Shown one piece after another: positions 21,400-31,361 of a stretch of 64,000 nt of DNA (within the stretch, counting starts at the first letter, position 1; every line of letters begins with the position of its first letter). Source of the DNA: an uncultured delta proteobacterium. Its GTDB lineage: Bacteria > Desulfobacterota > Desulfuromonadia > Desulfuromonadales > CAWBQR01. Position numbers and translations under genes: made by a program. Below the pieces are notes generated by a model that worked only from the letters and a program-made list of their open reading frames with translations, did no database searches and was not told where the DNA came from. Where the stretch lies: contig CAWBQR010000017.1 in NCBI GenBank assembly GCA_963791005.1, positions 29,455-93,454 of the forward strand, written 5' to 3'.

Positions 21400-22641
21400 T
21401 TACCGGCTTGCATACTCCAAAACCCTGTTTACGACTTGACCGGTCCAATTCAGGGCATTCTCACTCAGGGTCGGATGCACGAGAAACATCAGACTCGTCT
21501 CTCCCAGCATTTTTGCTACCGGAAGCCGCTTCGCGGGACCGAGTCCGGCTGTGCGAAAAGCTTTTTCCAGATATATTTCGCTGCAACTACCACTGAAGCA
21601 CGGCGCCCCCTCTGAATTGATTGCCTCAATCACCCGATCCCGACTCCAGTTCTTTTTCAAACGTTCAGTCATTAAAAATGCATAATACTTATAATAGGAA
21701 TGCCCGAATTTCTCGGGAGGTTCAGGAACCAGTAAAGCGGGAGATTTCTTAAAGGCCCGGGTTAGAACCCGGGCGTTCCGTCGTCGGAGTTCCAACCACT
21801 GAGGTATTTTCCTGAGAGTCACTCGTCCGATGGCCGCCTGCATTTCTGCCATTCGCCAGTTGGTTCCGAAAGAATCATGAACCCACCGGAAGACCCAGGG
21901 ATGGGGATTGGGGGTAAGGGCCTCGAAGGATTTCCCATGGTCTTTGAAGGCCCAGGCCCTCCTCCAGATTTCTTCGTCATTGGTGACGAGCATCCCTCCC
22001 TCTCCGCCGGTGGTCATAATCTTGTCCTGGCAGAAGGAAAAAGCTGCCGCATGACCCATCGAGCCGACCGGCCTCCCTTTGTAGGTGGCCCCCTGGGCCT
22101 GGGCACAGTCTTCTATGACCTTCAAGCCGTGCTCTTCGGCCAACTCCAGGATAGGGTCCATGTCGCAGGGCCATCCGGCCAGATGTACCGCGATGATTGC
22201 CCTGGTACGCGGTGTAAGAACCCCCCGAAGGGTATCCGCGGTAATATTCTGGCTCAATGGGTCCACGTCCGCAACGACGGGAATGCCGCCGCGCCTGGCG
22301 ACTGCGCTTGCCGAAGCGATGAAAGTTCGACTGGAGGTAACGACTTCGTCTCCCTCCCCGATGCCGAGCGCATACAGTGCCAGCTCGAGGGCCACGGTCC
22401 CGTTGGTCAGGGCCACGGCATAGCGGCAGCCGCAGGAGGATGCGAATTCGGCCTCGAACTGTCGTCCCTCCTGACCGCTCCAGTAATTGAGCCTTCCCGA
22501 TTTCAGAACCGCGACGGCAGCCCCGATTTCCTCGGAACCCAAATGGGGCCAGGGTGCAAAGGATGGCCGCTCGGCCTGCCTGCCGGCCGCGACCCGGGAG
22601 ATGAGGTCCTCGTGGTTGTTGTTGAGAGATCCATTCTTCAT
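21400..22641 (-). CDS. DegT/DnrJ/EryC1/StrS sugar aminotransferase
   Basis: NGTVAL, VHLAG, IEDCAQA and FSFCQDKIMTTGGEGGM motifs. Confidence 0.95.
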   Translation of the reverse strand: MKNGSLNNNHEDLISRVAAGRQAERPSFAPWPHLGSEEIGAAVAVLKSGRLNYWSGQEGRQFEAEFASSCGCRYAVALTNGTVALELALYALGIGEGDEVVTSSRTFIASASAVARRGGIPVVADVDPLSQNITADTLRGVLTPRTRAIIAVHLAGWPCDMDPILELAEEHGLKVIEDCAQAQGATYKGRPVGSMGHAAAFSFCQDKIMTTGGEGGMLVTNDEEIWRRAWAFKDHGKSFEALTPNPHPWVFRWVHDSFGTNWRMAEMQAAIGRVTLRKIPQWLELRRRNARVLTRAFKKSPALLVPEPPEKFGHSYYKYYAFLMTERLKKNWSRDRVIEAINSEGAPCFSGSCSEIYLEKAFRTAGLGPAKRLPVAKMLGETSLMFLVHPTLSENALNWTGQVVNRVLEYASR

Positions 22642-22662
22642 CTCATACTCCTCCTGCCCGAT

Positions 22663-23895
22663 TCAGGGGCAATTGTAATAGGCGCCTATCCCCGCACGGC
22701 CGAAATATTGGAAAGCCTCTTTCATCCGCCGGCGAATGATTTTTTCGGGCACCTTTTCAGCGATTTTCACGGACATGGTCCCCGTCTTTTCGTGGTAGGG
22801 AAAAACCACCACGGCATTGAATCCTGAATCCTTCACCAGTTCTAATGTCGAATAAAAGTCCTCCCGGGTCTCCGAAGGAAAGCCTATGATAATCTGTGTT
22901 TCAAAGAGAATGTCCGGATGCCGTCGTTTGATTTTAAGCACGGACTCCTTGACCATCCGGCCGGTATGTTCTCTTTGCATTAATCCCAGAATTCTGTCGC
23001 TTCCGGACTGAACGGGGCAGAGAATGCTTTTAACGCTGTCGAACCTTTCCATCTCGAGGAAGGCGTCAGTGTAATGTATCAGGAATTTCGGATGGATCTC
23101 CTTGATGTGGAAGCGCGTGCCGTCATGAGCCTCCTCATCTGCTTCCGGCCTGGAATCGGCGGCAAAAAGCTCCCGAAGCAAATCCGGGAAGGTACTTTGG
23201 ATGTCCAGACCATAGCAGCCCGGGTCGTCACCGAGGAGGCTGAAATCGTGATACCCCTTCCCGAGCCCCGCCTGGAACTCGCCAAGGATCCGGCCGATGG
23301 GTTTGCTCCTGACAGTACCGACCGAATTCCTTATGGCGCAGTAGCTGCACTTCCCCATGCATCCGCGACAGATAAAAAGGAACCAGCTTTTTGCAGGCTT
23401 GCAAAAGCGTTCTTTCAGGAGTTTTCTTCCCGTGGATTTTAACTGTTCCCACAAGTAATGGTCCAAAACAAGACCCGTTTCCATTTTCCTTTTTACGGAA
23501 GTGAAAAAGCTGCCATCTCTTTTGCCGATCAGGTTGGCTTCGGCAACCTTTTGGTAGGGGACACGGATGCTTCCAAAATGCTCATCGATTGTATGAATTT
23601 CTTTCGGAGCGATTTTAGGAATGTCAAGGAATTCCTTGTATCGTTCGGGAGCGATGTCCGGAAGGCACCCGTAGACAAGGATGTCGACCCCATATTTTTC
23701 GAGGAATCGCAAACGATTTACCGACTCCCGCTCCTCCTTTTCCTTGAAGGCACAGGTACTGACGAGGATCCTGTCTGCGTTTTCCGGCCGGTCAACCAGA
23801 ACGTAGCCGTTCAGTTCCAGATATTTTCTGATGGTCTTTATGTCCAGTTGCCTTCTATTGCAGCCACCCGCTTCAACATAAATTTTTTTATTCAT
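22663..23895 (-). CDS. MiaB/RimO-like radical SAM methylthiotransferase lacking TRAM domain
   Basis: UPF0004 cysteines (GGCNRR, STCAF, YGCLP), CMGKCSYC, PVQSGSDRIL, IIGFPSETREDF; ends before any TRAM domain. Confidence 0.85.
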   Translation of the reverse strand: MNKKIYVEAGGCNRRQLDIKTIRKYLELNGYVLVDRPENADRILVSTCAFKEKEERESVNRLRFLEKYGVDILVYGCLPDIAPERYKEFLDIPKIAPKEIHTIDEHFGSIRVPYQKVAEANLIGKRDGSFFTSVKRKMETGLVLDHYLWEQLKSTGRKLLKERFCKPAKSWFLFICRGCMGKCSYCAIRNSVGTVRSKPIGRILGEFQAGLGKGYHDFSLLGDDPGCYGLDIQSTFPDLLRELFAADSRPEADEEAHDGTRFHIKEIHPKFLIHYTDAFLEMERFDSVKSILCPVQSGSDRILGLMQREHTGRMVKESVLKIKRRHPDILFETQIIIGFPSETREDFYSTLELVKDSGFNAVVVFPYHEKTGTMSVKIAEKVPEKIIRRRMKEAFQYFGRAGIGAYYNCP

Positions 23896-23898
23896 TTT

Positions 23899-24755
23899 TT
23901 ATTCCTCAATATTGGAAGGCTCTTTTTTAAGGCACAACACCCAGTGGTTAGAGAAAAAGCATAAAAATTTAAAGTATTTCTTATTCCCGATTCTTGAAAG
24001 CTGTTCACTTAGCTTTATGGACGTCTTTACTGGCAACAGTTCTTTTCTAAAGAACAAAAAGGGCCCAAAACTTACGTTGTAATTAGCTATTTTTCCAAGG
24101 TTTTGGTTCTTTAATTTTTTATTTAATTTTATAAAATTGTACCTCCTTATGATTTGGACTTTTTTTTGATTCGGTGATTTTATAAATATCTTTATGAATT
24201 TCTTTAATGGCCAAATAATAAGATAAAAGGGATCAAAAAATTTATTGATCATATAAAAATTTGGCGAGGCAACGACGATAACCCCCTTATTTTTGACCAC
24301 TCGAGCAATTTCTGATATGGCTTTATGATCTTCGTTCAGGTAGGAAAGGACGCCTATACATAATACGAGGTCGAAGGATTCATTCAAAAAAGGAAGACGT
24401 TCGATATCCGACTGGACCAAATGAAAGGGTATTTTGACATTTTCTCTTGCTTGAAGAAGCGATCGGTGATTGAGGTCCACCCCTGTCAACCGGGTTCCAT
24501 TAAAATCAAGGGCCCCAAGAATCCCCCCCTGCCCACACCCGCAGTCCAAAACCCTTTTCTCCCCCCCTGCCCTAAGAATTTTCTCACCGACTCGACCACC
24601 AACTCTTTTCTTTTGATCATTTCATAACTGAAAAACCCTCTTGGAAGACCAGGGTCGTAAACTTCAGCCCACCAGGAATATTCCCGGTCGAAAAAGGATA
24701 TGATCCGTTTATTCTGCAGGTCCGCCCCACCACCCGACGGCTCTTCCTTTTTCAT
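23899..24755 (-). CDS. Class I SAM-dependent methyltransferase (frameshift near 24550)
   Basis: LDCGCGQG, DIERLPF..ESFDLV; N-terminus in ORF 24486-24755; homopolymer runs at the junction. Confidence 0.85.
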
Positions 24756-24800
24756 TTTGTTCCCCTCTTCCGCAGCCGCCCGATGAATCCTCCGATGGCC

Positions 24801-25490
24801 TCAACCATTTTGGGAGGTTTCCACCGTTTTCCTGAAATTTTGCCGCTCCTGATCCAAATCGGTTTCAACCGTATCCGGGTCCGGCGCCACCCCCTGCCTT
24901 CTAATCACCTGCATGCATGTTCGCAGAAGAATGGACAGGTCTAAAGATAACGAACGATTCTGAACATACCAGACATCCAGTGCCAGCCTTTGGTCCCAGG
25001 GAAGGTAGTTGCGTCCATGAATTTGAGCCCATCCCGTGATTCCCGGCCTCACGGAATGCCGGAGCCCCTCCCGCTCGGTATAGTACGGCAGATATTTCAT
25101 AAACAGCGGCCTGGGCCCGACCAGGCTCATATCCCCCTTGAGTACGTTGAAAAGCTCCGGCAATTCATCCAGGCTCGAATTGCGCAAGAATCTCCCTAGG
25201 GAGGTCAGGCGTTCCCCGTCGGAAAGAAGCCTCCCGCTCCCATCCGTTTCATTGATCATGGTGCGGAATTTGAGTATGGTAAACGGACGCCCCCTCAGCC
25301 CGGGCCGCACCTGTCGGAACAGGACAGGCGTGCCCATCCGCAACCTTACCAAAAGGGCAACCAGTCCAAGTATCGGCGACAGCAACATTAATGCTGCCGC
25401 CGAAAGGCATGAATCCAGCACTCTCTTAGACCCTTCTCTGCCCAAAACAGATCTTCGTACGACCACGGTCCCAATCTGGTCTCTCGGCAT
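24801..25490 (-). CDS. PglC/WcaJ-type initiating phosphoglycosyltransferase
   Basis: KFRTM, LRNSSLDELPELFNVLKGDMSLVGPRP, RPGITGWAQ. Confidence 0.95.
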   Translation of the reverse strand: MPRDQIGTVVVRRSVLGREGSKRVLDSCLSAAALMLLSPILGLVALLVRLRMGTPVLFRQVRPGLRGRPFTILKFRTMINETDGSGRLLSDGERLTSLGRFLRNSSLDELPELFNVLKGDMSLVGPRPLFMKYLPYYTEREGLRHSVRPGITGWAQIHGRNYLPWDQRLALDVWYVQNRSLSLDLSILLRTCMQVIRRQGVAPDPDTVETDLDQERQNFRKTVETSQNG

Positions 25491-25505
25491 GGGGTAAAAC
25501 CTCCT

Positions 25506-26384
25506 CTAGCCCACCTTTCCAACCCATCCGAAAAGCATGCTTCCTCTTCCCAGCATCCTTGAAAGGGTCCAGATGCCGACAAAGGCCATGTTACCGGCCG
25601 ACCGCATGTTGTTGGAAGTCACAAACATCGGGTCGACGGGTGTGGTCGTACCTAGTCGATAAACCCTGAAGCCGACCCTGGAAAAAAGCCGATGCAAGGT
25701 CTTAGGGGTGAAGCCGTGGATATGATGGGGAGGTGGCACCGTCGCAACCGTTGAGCGTTTTGGAACAAATACTCTTCGCACCAGGCTCGGAAAACCATCC
25801 TCGTTCGGGGTCGAAAAAAGAACGACCCCTCCCGGGGCCAGCAGGCGGTCGATTCGGCAGAGGGTTTCGTAAGGATTCGGAAGATGCTCGATAACGTCTC
25901 TCAACCGGATGAAATCAAATTGCTCATCTTCGAGATTGCTTTCCAGCAGAGGAGAACATCGGAGATCGACCTGAAGCTGGTCGATGCCGGCCTTGATCAA
26001 ATCCGGGTCGATGTCGACGCCGATGGCACTCCAGCCAAGCTCGATAGCGGCCCGGACCGATCCCCCGGATCCGCAGCCGACGTCGAGAAACCGAACCGTT
26101 TCAAGAGGTCTCTGCGTCAGACGGCGGATCTCCTCCAGGTTGGCCTGGAGTTGTTTTTTTTCATACGAAATGATATCGGGGGTGATCTTCTGGTGCATGT
26201 ACCGGGTATATTGGAACTCACGGGAAATTTCGGAAAATTCCGGATTGGGTTCGAAAAAAGGTGCGGGATTGACGTAAATCAGTCCGCAGTTCCCGCATTT
26301 CCCAATCGACCAATCTTCAACATTTGAAACGATTTTATAGTCGTTTTCGCCACAAGCATTACACGATATCCATTCTTTTCGCAT
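25506..26384 (-). CDS. Class I SAM methyltransferase with N-terminal Zn-ribbon
   Basis: CNAC...CGNCGL, FLDVGCGSG, DVIEHLPNP. Confidence 0.88.
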   Translation of the reverse strand: MRKEWISCNACGENDYKIVSNVEDWSIGKCGNCGLIYVNPAPFFEPNPEFSEISREFQYTRYMHQKITPDIISYEKKQLQANLEEIRRLTQRPLETVRFLDVGCGSGGSVRAAIELGWSAIGVDIDPDLIKAGIDQLQVDLRCSPLLESNLEDEQFDFIRLRDVIEHLPNPYETLCRIDRLLAPGGVVLFSTPNEDGFPSLVRRVFVPKRSTVATVPPPHHIHGFTPKTLHRLFSRVGFRVYRLGTTTPVDPMFVTSNNMRSAGNMAFVGIWTLSRMLGRGSMLFGWVGKVG

Positions 26385-26448
26385 AGTATTTATTCCTTTA
26401 TTAAAGTTTTGCAGAACAGTTGAATACTTTTTTCTATTCGCTTAATTC

Positions 26449-27669
26449 TCAATGATTTGGAATCTTACCCAAACCTTGACCTGTATTACTTCCTAAGCCA
26501 AGGTGGCCTAATGTCTCCCTGCACCCTGCCTTAAAAAGAAAGGATGTTCTTTTAAAAATAGGTCTCGGATCCTTCAAATCAAAAATTGCAAAAACGTGCG
26601 GATTGAAATAGGGCCGAAGGTATTCCCGAACCGAATATTTCTCCTGCTTGAAATACATTGCGCTGTACCCCAAATCCCGGGCGCTGTCGATCCAGTAGAT
26701 ACCTTTCCGATAATCTGAAACGCCGGGGGTATCTCCGTACGCAAGGTGGCGGTAATGAAGCCAGGGAAAATTAATGCCGCAACGCACCGCCAGAAGGGTT
26801 GACAGGTTGTGGCGTCCGTTGACCTCCATCAGTTTGAATACGCCGTTCCGCGGGTCTTTTTTGAACTCGGTGCAGGCATAACCGGAAAACCCCAGAGCCC
26901 GGAGAATTTTCCGCCCCGGTTCAAGAACCTCGGGGATATCCTGGCTGATCACCACCCGTGGCGACCCGAACCACGGAGGAGCGTTCCTGACATGCCTGGC
27001 AGTGAATTCCGCCAGTGGTTTTCCATCCCAGAAATAAGCGTTGTAGTTGACGACCAGATTGTCATCACCCGGGATATATTCCTGAAGCATTACTTCGAGC
27101 CCGTGTTCCCGGGCTTGAACGAACACCTCTTTCATCCGGCCCGGATTGTCCACCTGAAACATCTTCGTCCCGAAACATTGGTAAAACAGGTGGCTCTGGC
27201 AAGGCTTGATCAGGCAGGGAAATTCGATGGTCTTTCCGTACCTTTCAACCTCTTCCAGACTTGCCGGGACGAGTGTCCTGGGAGCCGGTATGCCATGGGC
27301 ATCCGCCAGAGAGTAGGTAAATTTTTTATCAATGAACTTTCGGGTGACATCCCATCCCGTGCAGGCAACGGCATACAGATTCTCGAGTTCCGCGATGTTT
27401 CTGGAGACGGCAACCAGGGTCTCATCCGAAACGGGTATCAGCACTCCGCCTTTGAACTGAACTGAAATCTCCCTGAGCAGTTCCATGAATTCCTTTTCGC
27501 ACCTACCCGGATGAGGGGCCTCAATTGCCCTCACCACATATTTGGAAACATGCGCCATGTCCCTTTCTTCATAATGCACAAGAACTACAGGCACCCCCCT
27601 CTCCCCTAAAGAGCGGACGACTCCCAAGGCCATTGTATGCCCGGACAGGATGATCGCAGGCTTCAGCAT
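26449..27669 (-). CDS. ATP-grasp carboxylate-amine ligase (D-aspartate ligase-like)
   Basis: LGVVRSLG, FPCLIKP, LQEYIPG, EFKKDPRNG..KLMEVNGR. Confidence 0.85.
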   Translation of the reverse strand: MLKPAIILSGHTMALGVVRSLGERGVPVVLVHYEERDMAHVSKYVVRAIEAPHPGRCEKEFMELLREISVQFKGGVLIPVSDETLVAVSRNIAELENLYAVACTGWDVTRKFIDKKFTYSLADAHGIPAPRTLVPASLEEVERYGKTIEFPCLIKPCQSHLFYQCFGTKMFQVDNPGRMKEVFVQAREHGLEVMLQEYIPGDDNLVVNYNAYFWDGKPLAEFTARHVRNAPPWFGSPRVVISQDIPEVLEPGRKILRALGFSGYACTEFKKDPRNGVFKLMEVNGRHNLSTLLAVRCGINFPWLHYRHLAYGDTPGVSDYRKGIYWIDSARDLGYSAMYFKQEKYSVREYLRPYFNPHVFAIFDLKDPRPIFKRTSFLFKAGCRETLGHLGLGSNTGQGLGKIPNH

Positions 27670-27847
27670 ATCTCTTTCCCTCCAGATACAACTTGAGTAA
27701 GTTTGTATTAATGGATATACCCGGGAAGCGTTAATTCAATTCCCCAAAAGTTTGATTTTAAAACTGATTTTTTAAAACGAAAGTTTGGTTCTTAATGAGG
27801 GAGATGAGAAAGAAAATGAAACCGTGTGGAGGGAACCAGGAAATTTT

Positions 27848-28906
27848 TCAGGAGAGAGAATTTGTCCTATACAAAGGAAAATAGCCCAAGTATCTAGATT
27901 TCCTATCTAATGTTTCAGTTTTTGATTTAGCCAGATAATCATATTTTTCTTCATCGAATATCATTCGATAAGTATAAAAACTTTTTCTCAAAGGAGAAAA
28001 TCCACACTTAAAATTAAAAAGCGAATCGTTTTCGCCGCCGAACCCTCCACCGAGATGAAGTTTTTTTATTTTTTTTTCAATTCCCCATGAAGTCATAAAA
28101 TCAAAAATAATTTTTGATGGAGCCTTTTTAAGGAATTTCTCTTTTGTTCCGCCAAGATGATATTCAATAATATCAATGGTTTCAGTAAACAATCCCGATG
28201 CAGCAACTTCTCCTGACGGAGAAAACACGGTACATAAATGCAGGGCAGACTTAAGCTGGCTTCTCAAATCCTCGAAATATGAAGTGGGAAAAAAGTAAAA
28301 ATTGTCGGCGTTCAATCTTCTCATGGATTCGTAGTATATTTCCTTGAAATCATTGTAATAATTCCATTCATCCATTTTTACTGTAAACCCCTCTTTATAA
28401 AGTTTCTTTATGTCTCGCTTGTGGTTTTCTCTTAACTGCTTCCAAATTTCATTTTTATTCTGAGTAAGGTTTATGAAAACCGTTTCCCCGTGCTTAACCA
28501 GTACCCCATATTCTTCGAGGATCTCCAACGGCAATGGCAGAAGGGGGTGAAGTCGGATAAAGGCGGAAATCATGTTTCTGGCCCGGCATGTTTCGGCCCA
28601 AGCTTCCAGGAAATCGTTTAATTGTACTAAATTTTTTCCCGGATAAAAAATGGGTGAAGGATATCCGTAGGGGTTTATCAAATCGCGCCAATCATTGGGG
28701 GCGCCAAGTTCCGGGGGAATTTGTCTGACCAGCAGCGGCATAAGGAATTTTTCCCCTTGATCCTCGCAAAAAAAAGCGAGAGGGCCTCCCCCCTCGTGCT
28801 TCCCTGACAAGAGGAGGAATTCGGGACGTTGGTAAATATCATGAGGCGCCGACCTCAACAAATCGGCCCATCGTCCATCTGAGGGTTCGATAAATTCAGC
28901 TCGCAT
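27848..28906 (-). CDS. GNAT/FemAB-like acyl- or aminoacyl-transferase
   Basis: PYGYPSP, FIRLHPLL, YHLGGT, LHLGGG...LFNFKCGF. Confidence 0.8.
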   Translation of the reverse strand: MRAEFIEPSDGRWADLLRSAPHDIYQRPEFLLLSGKHEGGGPLAFFCEDQGEKFLMPLLVRQIPPELGAPNDWRDLINPYGYPSPIFYPGKNLVQLNDFLEAWAETCRARNMISAFIRLHPLLPLPLEILEEYGVLVKHGETVFINLTQNKNEIWKQLRENHKRDIKKLYKEGFTVKMDEWNYYNDFKEIYYESMRRLNADNFYFFPTSYFEDLRSQLKSALHLCTVFSPSGEVAASGLFTETIDIIEYHLGGTKEKFLKKAPSKIIFDFMTSWGIEKKIKKLHLGGGFGGENDSLFNFKCGFSPLRKSFYTYRMIFDEEKYDYLAKSKTETLDRKSRYLGYFPLYRTNSLS

Positions 28907-28917
28907 GTTCTTTCTAT

Positions 28918-30090
28918 TTATTGCTTTGTTTTTAAAGATTCAACCATATCATCGTTCCCTAAAATCGTCTTTTTCTGGACGAGCCCGAGATTTTTCATGA
29001 TTACCTGATTAACTTTGGTCACCTCATATTTTTCTTCGGCAATTTTTCTGCTTTCCATGCCCATCGGGGGAATCAGAGTGGGGTTGTAAATGAACTTTTC
29101 CATGGCTTCCACAAGTGCCGGGACGTTTTTTACGGGCACCAGAAAACCATTGATCCCCTCCCTGACTGTCTCGCGACAGCCTGGAGCATCCGTGGTAATG
29201 ATGGGCCGGCCCATTGCCATTGCCTCAAGTACCGTACGCGGTGTCCCCTCCCGGTAGGAAGGAAGAACGTAAACCGAAGAATTCGCAATAGCGGGCCTAA
29301 CGTCATCTAACATACCTAGATATTCCACAACTCCTTCCTGCGTCCAACAATCCAAATCTTGCTTTTTAATTGCGGTCGGGTTTCTGTCAATAAATCCGAC
29401 CAGGTAAAATTTGGCCTTATATCCTTTGTTTTTAATGATAGAGGCAGCCTCGATGTATTCAAGAATCCCCTTGTCCTTTATCAAACGGGCAATCAACAAA
29501 AAGGAAATCTCTGTTGGAAAATTTTGGGGATAAAAATATTTGGTATCCACACCAGAACCGTTAATTAATGTTTGATTTATATTTTTATTCGTTATTTTTA
29601 AATCTGAAAATAATTTCAAATCATCCGGGTTTTGAAAGAAGATAATACTATTAAACCGTAGTGCAATTTTGTATAATTTTATTACAAAAATTTTAATTAT
29701 TTTCGTTCTAAAATCTTTACCTATAAAAGAATATCCAAGACCAGTTATAATTGAAGAAACAAAAGGGATATGTGCAATTTTTGCACAAATTGAACCGTAA
29801 ACAACAGGCTTTATTGTATAAAACAAAACCTTATCTGGTTTTAGTTTTTTGAAAATTCCAACAAGAACGCTTAAGTCCTGGATGTCTGTCACTGGATTGA
29901 TTCCAACCCTGTTGAAATTTACCTTGATAGGTTCGACTCCAATATCAATAAGAATTTTTTTAATATATTCAGGAAAACTTGGCGCACAGACGATAACCTC
30001 ATGTCCGTTTTCAACCATCTCCTCCAAAAGCTTACCTCTGAAGGTAACAAGTGACTCCCCAACATTTCCTAAAACCAGAACTCTTCCCAT
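28918..30090 (-). CDS. Glycosyltransferase family 4 (CapM-like)
   Basis: IKPVVYG, FQNPDD, LPSYREGTPRTVLEAMAMG. Confidence 0.92.
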   Translation of the reverse strand: MGRVLVLGNVGESLVTFRGKLLEEMVENGHEVIVCAPSFPEYIKKILIDIGVEPIKVNFNRVGINPVTDIQDLSVLVGIFKKLKPDKVLFYTIKPVVYGSICAKIAHIPFVSSIITGLGYSFIGKDFRTKIIKIFVIKLYKIALRFNSIIFFQNPDDLKLFSDLKITNKNINQTLINGSGVDTKYFYPQNFPTEISFLLIARLIKDKGILEYIEAASIIKNKGYKAKFYLVGFIDRNPTAIKKQDLDCWTQEGVVEYLGMLDDVRPAIANSSVYVLPSYREGTPRTVLEAMAMGRPIITTDAPGCRETVREGINGFLVPVKNVPALVEAMEKFIYNPTLIPPMGMESRKIAEEKYEVTKVNQVIMKNLGLVQKKTILGNDDMVESLKTKQ

Positions 30091-30127
30091 AATCAAAGGC
30101 CCAAAAAGAGTTTACCCGGATAACGGA

Positions 30128-31351
30128 CTACTTATTCGTCCCCTTTATATTCATGAATTTTTCCGTCCGTTCCTTTACGTTTTTGTAAAATTCAACCCGC
30201 CTTTTTTGCAATAATTCGCTTCGGTACCCTTTTGATTTTTCCAAATTCCGAATGCTCATTTGAGCCATTCTGTCTGGGTCGCTCAAAATATCCCGGATTT
30301 TTTTGCCGAGGGAATCCACATCGTCAGGCGGAACCAGATCATCGGCGTCAAGAAGCTCCGGAATCCCACTTGCCGTAGAGCCGATACAGGGCAATCCCCT
30401 GGCCATTGCTTCGATCATGGCCCTCGGCAGCCCCTCGCCCCTGGAAGGCAGAACAAAAAGGTCGGCTTTGTCCAATTGCTCCCTTATCGCCTCCCCCGAA
30501 GGCAATCGGCCCAAAAAACGAATTCTTCCTTCCAGTCCCTTGGATGCCACCCTTTGTTCCAGACCAGGACGAAATTTCCCGTCGCCGATGATGTTTAAGT
30601 GTAGCTCCACGCCTAGGGCGCCGCAAAGAACGACAGAATCTATCAATATGTCGGGAGCCTTATACAATTGATCAAGAGTCCCTACAAAAATTAGATTGTA
30701 TTTTTCTTTTTTATTAAAATTTCTGGGCTTTTCAATATATGCCCCTTGTTTCATCTGAATGCTTGAATAGTGGGTACTGAAAGCACCTACTGACGGAGGA
30801 TAACGTTTTTGCAAGGCAAATTCAGTTACATACGAAACAGCACAAGCTCTGGAACATTGATACTTTAATTTATTTGTAAACATGATTCTGAAAATTGGAC
30901 GCAAAGGGTGTCTTATAGCTCCTGGTCCAAATACGTCATAGGGGTCTGATACGACTTCCATCCCATAGGGAAATTTACTTTTATTAAACTCATCAATAAA
31001 AAGAGACCCTATCTTTCCAGGGGTTCTGGCAATAAAGGAAGAATTCATTTTCTGTTTCAAAAAAACGGATCGTACCTTTTTTTTAATCTCAATTGATTTT
31101 TTCAAGTATTGCGTTGGTCCGTGGTAATAAGGGAGCGAAACAAAAAACACCCCCTCACCTGTAACTGGACTCATTGCCTGCTTTATGTCTGGAATATTCT
31201 TATCTTGAAGTCTACCAACAACTATTACTCTATCAAATGCGTCTAGATATTTTTTGAAATAGTTGTATCCTGCTCCATGTTCATTATTTGTAACTACATT
31301 TCCATAAGAGTCCAATATAAACCGTGTCTCAGAAGTTAGAACAAGATTCAT
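30128..31351 (-). CDS. Glycosyltransferase family 4
   Basis: FVLPSRGEGLPRAMIEAMARG (EX7E motif). Confidence 0.9.
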   Translation of the reverse strand: MNLVLTSETRFILDSYGNVVTNNEHGAGYNYFKKYLDAFDRVIVVGRLQDKNIPDIKQAMSPVTGEGVFFVSLPYYHGPTQYLKKSIEIKKKVRSVFLKQKMNSSFIARTPGKIGSLFIDEFNKSKFPYGMEVVSDPYDVFGPGAIRHPLRPIFRIMFTNKLKYQCSRACAVSYVTEFALQKRYPPSVGAFSTHYSSIQMKQGAYIEKPRNFNKKEKYNLIFVGTLDQLYKAPDILIDSVVLCGALGVELHLNIIGDGKFRPGLEQRVASKGLEGRIRFLGRLPSGEAIREQLDKADLFVLPSRGEGLPRAMIEAMARGLPCIGSTASGIPELLDADDLVPPDDVDSLGKKIRDILSDPDRMAQMSIRNLEKSKGYRSELLQKRRVEFYKNVKERTEKFMNIKGTNK

Positions 31352-31361
31352 ATTAATTCTC

